DNA of 64,000 nucleotides from Tubiluchus corallicola (Eukaryota > Animalia > Priapulida): contig JAQGDQ010002391.1 in the NCBI GenBank assembly GCA_030141605.1, forward strand, positions 55,685-119,684, written 5' to 3'. Under the pieces are notes generated by a model. That model was given only the letters and a program-made list of their open reading frames with translations, was not told the origin of the DNA and did no database searches. Shown one piece after another: positions 10,398-19,521 of this stretch (position 1 is the stretch's first letter; every line of letters begins with the position of its first letter). The position numbers were made by a program, and so were the translations under genes.

Positions 10398-11438
10398 TTA
10401 ATTATCTTTATCTCTATTTTTTACATAGTTACGCCATTTATCTATGAGTTCTTGCATATCATCAGGTAATTTAGAATCAAAAGATATCTCTTCGCCCGTA
10501 TGTGGGTGTAAGAAACCAAGCGTTTTAGCGTGTAGAGCTTGACGAGGACATATTTTAAAACAATTTTGTACAAACTGTCGGTATTTTGCAAACGTTGTTC
10601 CTCTTAATATTTCATCACCTCCATAAGTGGCATCATTGAACAATGGATGCCCAATATGCTGAAAATGCACCCTTATTTGATGTGTTCGTCCTGTTTCTAA
10701 TTTACATTGTACCACATTAACATAGCCCAAACGTTCCAATACTTTGTAATGTGTTACAGCGTGTTTGCCCTGCTCTCCATTAGGAAAAGTAGTTATTATT
10801 TTTCTATCCCTAGGGCTTCTTCCCAAATAGCATTCTATGGTACCTGTATCTTGCTTCAAATCTCCCCATACTACTGCAATATAGGTGCGTTGTGAAGTTT
10901 TTTTCTCAAACTGAGCAGATATAATATTTTTTGCTCTTTCATTTTTAGCTATTACAAGTATTCCTGAGGTATCCTTGTCTATACGATGTACTAAGCCTAA
11001 TCGAGGATCGTCAGTATCTATATTAGGATCATCCCTGAAATAATAGGCTAAAGCATTGACAAGTGTTCCTTTGTAATGCCCATAACTAGGATGTACCACC
11101 ATTCCCGGTCTTTTATTAACTATAATAAAATGATCATCTTCATACACTATGTTAAGTGGTATATCTTGTGCCACTATTTCAAGCTCGTTGAGAGGATAAG
11201 GCATTACCACAGAAATTTCGTCCAAAGGCTTTACTTTATAATTAGCTTTTACAGGCTCTTTATTGACCAATATATGATCGCTATTTGCTGCTGCTCCTAT
11301 CTTAGTTCTAGAAATATTTTGTATCAGATTAACCAAATACTTATCTATTCGTAAAAGTTCTTGTCCTTCGGCTACAGTAAAATGATAGTGTTCATAGAAT
11401 TCCTTACTATCTTCGTTTATGTTATTTTTTTCTACCAA
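10398..11438 (-). CDS. rluD: RluA/RluD-family 23S rRNA pseudouridine synthase
   Basis: S4 domain, VHRIDKDTSG catalytic motif, LETGRTHQIRVH. Confidence 0.9.
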   Translation of the reverse strand: MVEKNNINEDSKEFYEHYHFTVAEGQELLRIDKYLVNLIQNISRTKIGAAANSDHILVNKEPVKANYKVKPLDEISVVMPYPLNELEIVAQDIPLNIVYEDDHFIIVNKRPGMVVHPSYGHYKGTLVNALAYYFRDDPNIDTDDPRLGLVHRIDKDTSGILVIAKNERAKNIISAQFEKKTSQRTYIAVVWGDLKQDTGTIECYLGRSPRDRKIITTFPNGEQGKHAVTHYKVLERLGYVNVVQCKLETGRTHQIRVHFQHIGHPLFNDATYGGDEILRGTTFAKYRQFVQNCFKICPRQALHAKTLGFLHPHTGEEISFDSKLPDDMQELIDKWRNYVKNRDKDN

Positions 11439-11555
11439 TTGTCTTTATAATTTTGAAATAATGTACCGTCAAAAGATAATAGAAAACATCAATGCAATAT
11501 GTAAGATAAAGCAAAACATTATATTTAAATGTAAATACAATTATCTAATATAATA

Positions 11556-12338
11556 TTAAAAATCAGGATTCGTAAGCCAAATGTGGATAGTTTCTTCTTC
11601 ATAAATATATTTATCGGGCTCGTAGGTTGGTATCTGTTTCCACACAATAGCCTTTTGTCTGTCCTCAGTAGTTCTTACTGTATGGTCTGTTTCTATTTTG
11701 CCTATTTTTATAGATGATAGGCCAACGGAAATATCCTTGATTTCTGACAATGTTCTCCCTATTAAATTAGGTATTTTAGCAAAACCTTTGGAAGTGTCCC
11801 TACCTATTACTAAATCTATGTAGCTTCCTTTTGGCACTTGCATATTCTCTACCACTTTTTCTCCTTTATATTTTTGCTCTAATATAAGGTCTTTGTAAGG
11901 CGAATACACATATTCTATCTCTCCTACTCGTAAGTTATTGAGGGCAAGCGTTACTTTTGCTTGGCGAAGTGATATATCTATAACATTAGGAATTTCTACT
12001 TTGTCAGGGTTAGACTGATTAATGGTGAGAAAAACAAGCCTATTTTTTTTCACCTTAGATTCTGCAGGAGGATACTGGTCTATAACTGTTTCTGGCAAAT
12101 GATTTGCTACATATAACGAATCATACAACTTTAGTCTCAGTCCTTTTACCTTGGCAACTTCTTTTGCTTCTTCTATACTCATACCCTCAAAACTAGGAAT
12201 TTCAAGCGAGTATCCTTTTGAGGTATAAATGGACAAGGCAAATAGTACAATATTAAGTACTATCACAAATACCACCAAAGAAAATAGTACTTGCTTTATA
12301 TAGAAAATAGCTGACGATGATATTAGAAACTTCCTCAT
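11556..12338 (-). CDS. PASTA domain-containing membrane protein
   Basis: N-terminal TM, three units starting IPSFEG / IPNVID / IPNLIG with Q.P motifs. Confidence 0.88.
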   Translation of the reverse strand: MRKFLISSSAIFYIKQVLFSLVVFVIVLNIVLFALSIYTSKGYSLEIPSFEGMSIEEAKEVAKVKGLRLKLYDSLYVANHLPETVIDQYPPAESKVKKNRLVFLTINQSNPDKVEIPNVIDISLRQAKVTLALNNLRVGEIEYVYSPYKDLILEQKYKGEKVVENMQVPKGSYIDLVIGRDTSKGFAKIPNLIGRTLSEIKDISVGLSSIKIGKIETDHTVRTTEDRQKAIVWKQIPTYEPDKYIYEEETIHIWLTNPDF

Positions 12339-12371
12339 ATTGCCTTACCCCATAAAAAGAACAAAGCAGAG

Positions 12372-12530
12372 TTATGCCTTATGCTTAGCTTCATCTGACA
12401 CTGTAAGTTTTTTCCTTCCCTTAGCTCTTCTTGCATTCAACACTTTGATGCCTCCAGCAGAAGACATACGTTCTTTAAAACCATGTTTGTTTTTTCTTTT
12501 TCTATTGGAGGGTTGATATGTTCTTTTCAT
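12372..12530 (-). CDS. rpmH: 50S ribosomal protein L34 (absent from ORF track)
   Basis: Manual translation [52 protein letters not shown] (52 aa). Confidence 0.98.
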   Translation of the reverse strand: MKRTYQPSNRKRKNKHGFKERMSSAGGIKVLNARRAKGRKKLTVSDEAKHKA

Positions 12531-12635
12531 CTTTAATTATAGTTAATTCAAACTGAACACAAAAATATATATATTTTTCCTAAAAAAGAAATTTTAAATT
12601 ATTGATTGAGGAAAGTACAATCTCTACTTTTCTAT

Positions 12636-13274
12636 TCATTTAACAATATGTACCATTTTTTTTGTCTCAAAAAATTCCTCTTCAAAGAACTCTTTTATAT
12701 TATATACATTTACTTTATAACCTTTAAGTTCTCTTATTTCTTCTACAAACTCACCTCCTTTTAAATACAAAATACCATTTGGCAATGAATTGAATTGTTT
12801 GTTTATATTCAACAAATGTTTGGTTGCTTTTACAAATTTAGGCAAAGAAGTTACTGCTCTACTTACTATAAAGTCAAACTTAGCTGTTAGGTCCTCTGCT
12901 CTTATGTGTTGAGCAGTTACATTCTCTAACTGTAATGACTGTGACACAGCTTTTACTATTTTTATTTTTTTACCAATAGAATCTATTGCATAAAACTTGC
13001 ATTGCGGGAATAAGATAGCCAATGGAACAGACGGGAAACCTCCACCCGTGCCTACATCTATAATTTTTGTATTTGATTGAAATTGTATAACCTTGGCAAT
13101 GGATAAAGAATGCAGCACGTGATGCTCGTACAAATAAGGAAAATCTTTACGAGATATAACATTTACCTTCGCATTCCAATCATTGTATAATTCCCATAAA
13201 CCTTCAAATTGACTTTTTTGCATACTCGTCAAATTGGGAAAATATTTAAATATAATAGAAATCTTATTGTTCAT
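12636..13274 (-). CDS. rsmG: 16S rRNA m7G527 methyltransferase
   Basis: WNAKVNVISR, HVLHSL, DVGTGGGFP, DFIVSRAV, YLKGG. Confidence 0.96.
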   Translation of the reverse strand: MNNKISIIFKYFPNLTSMQKSQFEGLWELYNDWNAKVNVISRKDFPYLYEHHVLHSLSIAKVIQFQSNTKIIDVGTGGGFPSVPLAILFPQCKFYAIDSIGKKIKIVKAVSQSLQLENVTAQHIRAEDLTAKFDFIVSRAVTSLPKFVKATKHLLNINKQFNSLPNGILYLKGGEFVEEIRELKGYKVNVYNIKEFFEEEFFETKKMVHIVK

Positions 13275-13483
13275 CTTAATAATATTATGTTCAATAATAA
13301 TATATTTATTTTAATTAATACTTTACATTTTCATATTACAAATTAAAAATACATCTTAAAAACAAGTTGTAAAGAGCTTCAAGAAAAAGAATGTAGCTTA
13401 AGTCTTCTTTTAATAGAAACTATTCTTAAATTTGCAAGTCTATCAATAGACCTATGTTAAATATTATAATCCACAAATTTACT

Positions 13484-15607
13484 ATGAAAAAAAACTTAAA
13501 GTTTCTCCTACTGGCAATAATTATTACTTTTGTTTATATAATAATGAAAGAGAATATGGAAAATAACCCTTTGTTATCTAAATTTGATACCCCTTTTGAG
13601 ACTGTGCCATTCGATGAGATAAAGACAGAACATTATTTACCTGCTATGGAGAAGGTAATAGATGATGCTCAAAAGGAAATAGATGCTATTGTAGATAATG
13701 ATGAAGCTCCTTCTTTTGAAAATACGATAGAGGCTTTGGAGAACAATGCTAAGTTGTTAGAGCGAATATCTTCTATCTTTTTCAATCTCAACTCGGCAGA
13801 AACGAACGAAGAGATGCAGGCTGCTGCTCACAAAATTTCTCCGTTGCTCACAAAGTTTTCTAACAGTATAAGTCTCAATAAAAAGCTGTTTGAAAAAGTA
13901 AAGCAAGTGTATAGTCAAAAGGATAGGCTCAATTTAAGTGCAGAAGAGGCTACTTTGTTGGACAATATGTATAAATCGTTTGTGAGAAGCGGGGCAAATT
14001 TGGATGAGGAAGGGAAAAAACAGTATAGAGAATTAACTGAGAAGTTGTCTAAACTCTCGCTTAAATTTGGTGATAACGTGTTGGCGGAGACTAACTCGTA
14101 TCAATTGGTAATAGAAAATGAAGAGGATTTGGCAGGCTTGCCACAGGGTATTGTAGCAAGTGCTAGTGAAATGGCAAAGCAAAAGGGCGAAGAAGGAAAA
14201 TGGATTTTTACGCTTGAAACTCCTAGTTACATAGGATTTATGACTTATGCCGACAATCGGACTTTGAGAGAAAAATTATATAAAGCTTATACGCAAAGGG
14301 CAATAGGAGGTAATGAGTATGATAATAGGGAAACGGTGAGGGAGATTGTACTGCTGCGTTTAAAGTTTGCAAAACTAATGGGGTATGAGAATTATGCAGC
14401 CTATGTGTTAGAAAAGAGGATGAGTGAAACGCCTGAGCGAGTAAGTAAGTTTTTGAACGATGTATTGCAGGTGGCTTTGCCTGTAGCTCAAAGGGAGGTG
14501 AGGGATATTAAGGCATTTATAGAGAAACAGGGCAATAGTATTGAGCTTCAACGCTGGGATTGGATGTACTATGCTGAAAAGTTGAAAAAAGAGCGGTTTA
14601 ATGTTTCAGATGAGCTGTTAAGACCTTATTTCAAGCTGGAAAATGTGATTGATGGGGTTTTTGCTACTGCAAGTAGGTTGTATGGTATTACTTTTGAGGA
14701 GAGGGATGATATTGCTGTGTATCACAAGGATGTAAAGGTCTATGAGGTGAAGGACGAAAAGGGTGAGTATCTGGCTATTTTCTATGCTGATTTTTTTCCT
14801 CGTTCGGGTAAGCGCGGAGGTGCTTGGATGACGAATTATGGAGACCAATATATAAAGAATGGAGTGGATATGCGTCCACACGTATCTATTGTCTGTAACT
14901 TTACGAAACCTACAAATGATAAGCCGTCTTTGCTAACCTTTTATGAGGTTACTACCTTATTTCACGAATTTGGTCATTCATTGCACAGTATTCTCACACG
15001 TTGCAAGTATGAGAGCTTGTCGGGAACAAGTGTGTACCGCGATTTTGTAGAGCTACCTTCCCAGTTGTTAGAAAATTGGGCATATGAAAAAGAGTGTTTA
15101 GATTTGTTTGCCAAACATTATAAAACGGGCGAAGACATTCCTCAAGAGTTGATTGACAAGCTAAAAGCTGCACAGCAATACAATGAGGGGTATGCTTGTG
15201 TGCGGCAATTGAGTTTTGGGCTTTTGGATATGGCTTGGCATACTTTGACTGATAGTAGTAAGCTGGGTGGAGTTGAAGAGTTTGAAAGAAAAGCAATGGA
15301 AATTACAGAACTATTTCCCACAGTAGAAGGTAGTAATATGAGTGTAGCCTTCTCCCATATTTTTCAAGGGGGTTATGCTATGGGGTATTATGGCTATAAA
15401 TGGGCGGAGGTGTTGGATGCTGATGTTTTCGCTCGATTTAAAGAACAAGGTATTTTCGATACAGAGGTAGCTCAATCTTTTAGGGAAAATATATTGGAAC
15501 GTGGAGGGTCAGAGCATCCTATGGTGTTGTATAAAAGATTTAGTGGAGGAAAAGAGCCTTCGTTGGAGCCATTTTTTGAAAGGAGTGGATTTTCATCTAA
15601 TAATTAA
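13484..15607 (+). CDS. dcp: M3 family metallopeptidase (peptidyl-dipeptidase Dcp)
   Basis: KRGGAWM, TLFHEFGHSLH, DFVELPSQLLENW, GYYGYKWAEVLDAD; start 13484 or 13454. Confidence 0.93.
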   Translation: MKKNLKFLLLAIIITFVYIIMKENMENNPLLSKFDTPFETVPFDEIKTEHYLPAMEKVIDDAQKEIDAIVDNDEAPSFENTIEALENNAKLLERISSIFFNLNSAETNEEMQAAAHKISPLLTKFSNSISLNKKLFEKVKQVYSQKDRLNLSAEEATLLDNMYKSFVRSGANLDEEGKKQYRELTEKLSKLSLKFGDNVLAETNSYQLVIENEEDLAGLPQGIVASASEMAKQKGEEGKWIFTLETPSYIGFMTYADNRTLREKLYKAYTQRAIGGNEYDNRETVREIVLLRLKFAKLMGYENYAAYVLEKRMSETPERVSKFLNDVLQVALPVAQREVRDIKAFIEKQGNSIELQRWDWMYYAEKLKKERFNVSDELLRPYFKLENVIDGVFATASRLYGITFEERDDIAVYHKDVKVYEVKDEKGEYLAIFYADFFPRSGKRGGAWMTNYGDQYIKNGVDMRPHVSIVCNFTKPTNDKPSLLTFYEVTTLFHEFGHSLHSILTRCKYESLSGTSVYRDFVELPSQLLENWAYEKECLDLFAKHYKTGEDIPQELIDKLKAAQQYNEGYACVRQLSFGLLDMAWHTLTDSSKLGGVEEFERKAMEITELFPTVEGSNMSVAFSHIFQGGYAMGYYGYKWAEVLDADVFARFKEQGIFDTEVAQSFRENILERGGSEHPMVLYKRFSGGKEPSLEPFFERSGFSSNN

Positions 15608-15796
15608 ATGTATCAGGTCAAAAGAATTAGTTTTAATTTATTTTGCTCTTTTGCACCTTATTATTACTCCACCTACTTTGTTAAGTTATTTCCCGTTTCA
15701 TTTGTAGTAATAACTATTGCCCTTTTCAGCATTTTTTGTATTATAAAATGTTGAGCTATAAATAGTAAAAATATTATTATAAAATATTTTTACTAT

Positions 15797-16558
15797 TTAT
15801 TTAGTAAATTTTAAAGTAGCGTTGTTACAAGTAATAATAAGTGTATTGTTTTCTACTTCATAGTGTGTAGCTTGTGTCAAATTTCGGAGAAGTAGCGTTT
15901 CTATTTTCATCACTTTTTGTTCACACATCATTTTAGTTGAGGCGGGAGGAGTAAAGTTTATTTTATCTTGCCCTTCCTGCACTTCTAATGTTACTTGCCC
16001 AAAATAACGATTACAACCTGCTTTTCCTTTGTATTTGCCATTTTCTTCTACAATGAGAGTAGCAGTTATATTATTCTCGATGGTTATAGTAGTGTTGTCT
16101 TCTATGACTTCTTTTAGCCTCCACTCTTTATCATATATAGAGTTGGTAATGTCTTTAAAACTAAGAATAGTTTTAGCACCTTGTAGCGTAAGCGTATTAT
16201 CTTGTATTTTGAAATGCGTAATTTCTGTTAAGCTTTTTAAAAATAGTGTTTCCATATTTGTAGCTTCATCGTCACATATCATCATAGTAGCTCCTGGGTT
16301 GTTAAATGCTATTTTATTCTTTTTAATAGTAGATTGTCCGAAGTAGCTATTGCATCCTGCATTACCATTATAACTTCCATTTTCTTGAATTGTAAGTGTG
16401 GGTTTTATGTTTTTTATTTCCGTTGTGGTGCTTTTTTGCTGTATTAAAGAGAGCTCCCATATTTTATCAAATAATACAGTATTTTTTTCCTTTTTGCTAA
16501 ATGCATTGATATTTAAAAATACAAATAAGACGAGTACAATAATAAATTTTAGTTTCAT
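15797..16558 (-). CDS. Secreted protein with two META (HslJ-like) domains
   Basis: Signal peptide; two copies of G.AGCN.YFG...TMM.C / TKMMC. Confidence 0.88.
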   Translation of the reverse strand: MKLKFIIVLVLFVFLNINAFSKKEKNTVLFDKIWELSLIQQKSTTTEIKNIKPTLTIQENGSYNGNAGCNSYFGQSTIKKNKIAFNNPGATMMICDDEATNMETLFLKSLTEITHFKIQDNTLTLQGAKTILSFKDITNSIYDKEWRLKEVIEDNTTITIENNITATLIVEENGKYKGKAGCNRYFGQVTLEVQEGQDKINFTPPASTKMMCEQKVMKIETLLLRNLTQATHYEVENNTLIITCNNATLKFTK

Positions 16559-16710
16559 AATAAAATTATTTTGTGCTGTTATATTAAACAGCAGATTTTC
16601 AGTATTTACTACTTTTATAACTAAATAGTTTTCTCATTATAAAAAATAAGTAGTTATTCACAATAATAACAAGCAAAAGTAATAAATTATATTTATATAG
16701 AAAGACATCT

Positions 16711-17331
16711 TTAGAAAAAAATATCTCTTACAAATAAGTTGTTTTTGAGAGGAGCGTAGAAATTATTTTTTTTGAATAGGTTGGCTATCTTGAAAAATGC
16801 AAGTTCTGGGTCTCTTTCTAATTCATTGGTTTTTAAATTACTATACCATTCGGTATTTTTATTCTTAATGTACGGAGAATGTTGTAAAGGTATGGCAAGG
16901 CTCACTAGGAGCTGAAAACCGTTTCCAAATCGGCCTATGATATCTTCTATAATACTTTGTGTAAACAACTTTTTCCTGTATTCAGGTAATATCTCTATGC
17001 TGTCTAACATAACAATGGATAACGAATGAAGTGTGTTGCCAAAAAAGTTATTGACTTCTTTGGTATAACCTAAGGTATCTATATCAAATAAATTTTGGAA
17101 AGTATATTTTAATTTGGAATCATTTTCATAAAGCTTATTCATATTAAACTGATAGGTTACGGTTTGTTCTATGTCTATAAGTCTGAAATATGTTTTGGCT
17201 ACAAGCTGCTTATTGTTACCTTGTTTATCAGTAGTATGTACATACCCTCTTACTTCTGTTATAAAAATATTCTTATCTGCTGCTGGTAGATAATTGTCAG
17301 ATGTATATGTTATTTTGTATATGTCTAGCAT
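16711..17331 (-). CDS. Hypothetical protein, possible degenerate GNAT-like fold
   Basis: 206-aa ATG ORF; LDSIEILPEYRKK loosely resembles GNAT motif A. Confidence 0.6.
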   Translation of the reverse strand: MLDIYKITYTSDNYLPAADKNIFITEVRGYVHTTDKQGNNKQLVAKTYFRLIDIEQTVTYQFNMNKLYENDSKLKYTFQNLFDIDTLGYTKEVNNFFGNTLHSLSIVMLDSIEILPEYRKKLFTQSIIEDIIGRFGNGFQLLVSLAIPLQHSPYIKNKNTEWYSNLKTNELERDPELAFFKIANLFKKNNFYAPLKNNLFVRDIFF

Positions 17332-17491
17332 AATTCATAGTTCCTTCTAACTTATTGATACGTTATTATGGCCTGTATTATTTGAAAAGAAATGACGTAT
17401 GGTAGGATATATGGGATGAATAACTGAAATTTGGAAGTTAAAAGTTAAGAGCAGAGAGTAAAATTTGTTCTAATTTGCTAGAAAAAATCTA

Positions 17492-17527
17492 ATTTACTGT
17501 AAAACAATAGTTTGTTTTACAGTAAAT
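17492..17527. promoter_or_regulatory. Perfect 16-bp inverted repeat between divergent genes
   Basis: atttactgtaaaacaa-tagt-ttgttttacagtaaat. Confidence 0.5.
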
Positions 17528-17646
17528 GAAAATAAAATAGAATACTTAAAGAATGTAAGAAAAATAAAGTTTTTTCCGTATAGTTGCATTGAACTTTATA
17601 CTTATATTTGTAGTAAAATAACATTGAATTGTATAATTAACTGGGT

Positions 17647-18174
17647 ATGAAAACTATTTTACAACCAAGTGAGATATATAAATATTGTCCGCATTGTGGT
17701 TGTAAGAGTTTTACCTACCAAAAAGATAATTCTTTTTTGTGTGATAAATGTCTTTTTCACTGGTATATAAATAGTGCGGCAGCTGTTGCAGCTTTGATTG
17801 AGGACGATGGAGGACGTTTGTTACTTACAGAAAGAATGAATGAACCATATAAGGGTATGCTAGATTTACCAGGTGGTTTTGTTGATGTGGGTGAAACAGT
17901 GGAAGAGGCTTTGAAACGTGAAGTAAAAGAAGAACTGAATTTGGCAGTGATAAAAATGGAATTCTTGAAGAGTATACCTAATGAGTATCTCTTTGGAGGT
18001 GTGGTTGTATATACTATTGATTTGTTTTTTAAGTGTAAAGTAGAAGGTTTTGAAAGGTTGAAAACTAATGATGATGTCGCGGGGTATAGTTTTATAAATG
18101 CGAATGAGTTGGATGTTTCAAAAATAGGCTTAAAATCTATCAAAAAAATGTTGAAGGAAATATGTAACAAATAG
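17647..18174 (+). CDS. NUDIX hydrolase with N-terminal zinc ribbon
   Basis: CPHCG...CDKC; Nudix box GGFVDVGETVEEALKREVKEELNL. Confidence 0.93.
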   Translation: MKTILQPSEIYKYCPHCGCKSFTYQKDNSFLCDKCLFHWYINSAAAVAALIEDDGGRLLLTERMNEPYKGMLDLPGGFVDVGETVEEALKREVKEELNLAVIKMEFLKSIPNEYLFGGVVVYTIDLFFKCKVEGFERLKTNDDVAGYSFINANELDVSKIGLKSIKKMLKEICNK

Positions 18175-18325
18175 AAAACAACTTTTTTATCGTAAAAATT
18201 AGTAAAAAAACAGTAAATCTTAATAATTTGGAAATAAATCTTTTACCTCAATATCTAAAAACAATAAGAAATTATAGTTAATTACCACAGAAAATATATA
18301 TGTATGTATTAAGATATAAATTATT

Positions 18326-19012
18326 ATGGATGCAATTATAGAGTTAAAAAATATTGATATAAAACAAGGCAATAAATTTGTTTTAGAGAATGTAAATATG
18401 AAAATCAACAAAGGGGATTTTGCTTATTTAATAGGAGAAGTAGGCAGCGGAAAGTCGTCTCTATTAGCTACTTTGTATGCAGAGCTTCCTTTAATCAAAG
18501 GAGAAGGAAGAGTTGTTTATTTCAATTTGGACAATATTAAAAAAAGCGAAATTCCATTTTTGAGACGCAAATTAGGTATTATTTTTCAAGATTACAGATT
18601 ACTGTATGATAGAAACGTGTATGAAAATTTGAAATTTGTTTTAAAAGCTACAGGCTGGACGAACATAAATAATATAAAAGAGCGTATTTTCTCAGTCTTA
18701 CAGAAAGTTAATCTGATTGACAAATTGGAGAGTATGTCATTTCAACTATCAGGTGGAGAACAACAACGCGTTGCTATTGCAAGAGCTTTGTTGAACAAAC
18801 CTGAAGTTATTTTGGCTGATGAGCCAGCAGGAAATTTAGACCCTAAAGCTTCCGAAGAATTAATGGAACTATTACAAAACATCAATAGAGAGAACGGCAC
18901 TACGGTACTAATGGCTACACACGACTATGGTTTGATAAAAAAATTCGAAGGCGAAATATTCGAATGTAGGGAGGGTACCATTGTAAAGCAAACAGGAGTA
19001 GATATAAATTAA
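18326..19012 (+). CDS. ftsE: ABC ATP-binding protein, FtsE-like
   Basis: [44 protein letters not shown]. Confidence 0.8.
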   Translation: MDAIIELKNIDIKQGNKFVLENVNMKINKGDFAYLIGEVGSGKSSLLATLYAELPLIKGEGRVVYFNLDNIKKSEIPFLRRKLGIIFQDYRLLYDRNVYENLKFVLKATGWTNINNIKERIFSVLQKVNLIDKLESMSFQLSGGEQQRVAIARALLNKPEVILADEPAGNLDPKASEELMELLQNINRENGTTVLMATHDYGLIKKFEGEIFECREGTIVKQTGVDIN

Positions 19013-19023
19013 ATCTAAAAATA

Positions 19024-19521
19024 ATGTGCATAAGGCTACTAAAAGTTCTTGCATTTCTCTCCATATGTTTTTTCTTCTTAGGTAAGGTTTCATTGGCTCA
19101 ATATTATATTGTAGGACAAGATGCAGCTGCTATTAAGTGGCAACAAATCAATTCTGAACATTTTCAAGTCATTTACCCAAAAGAATATGAAGACAAAGCA
19201 CAATATGTGGCTAACTTATTGGAATGGGCTTACCAACTGGATATAAATACTTACAATCATAGCCCCAAGAAGATTTCAATTATCCTTCACACACAAACTA
19301 CCGAAGCAAATGGCTTTGTGGTTTGGGCTCCGAAAAGAATGGAACTTTACACCGTACCTCCGCAAAATATTGATGGACAAGAATGGCTAAGCCAATTAGC
19401 ACTGCACGAAATGCGGCACCTTGTTCAAATAGATTATTTGAACAAGGGAATAGTGAAGGCTCTTAGTATATTGTTTGGTGAACAAGGAGTGGGTTTGATG
19501 TTAGGATATATATATCTCTAA
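19024..19521 (+). CDS. N-terminal fragment of frameshifted outer-membrane protein (signal peptide + zincin HExxH)
   Basis: Signal peptide, WQQINSEHFQVIYP, LALHEMRHLVQ; continues in another frame after ~19515. Confidence 0.75.
   Translation: MCIRLLKVLAFLSICFFFLGKVSLAQYYIVGQDAAAIKWQQINSEHFQVIYPKEYEDKAQYVANLLEWAYQLDINTYNHSPKKISIILHTQTTEANGFVVWAPKRMELYTVPPQNIDGQEWLSQLALHEMRHLVQIDYLNKGIVKALSILFGEQGVGLMLGYIYL

Noticed and set aside
12372-13460. oriC or dif near rpmH-rsmG
   Set aside because: No dnaA and no DnaA-box cluster; ttatgttcaat (13285) and ctatgttaaat (13452) lack a credible XerC arm
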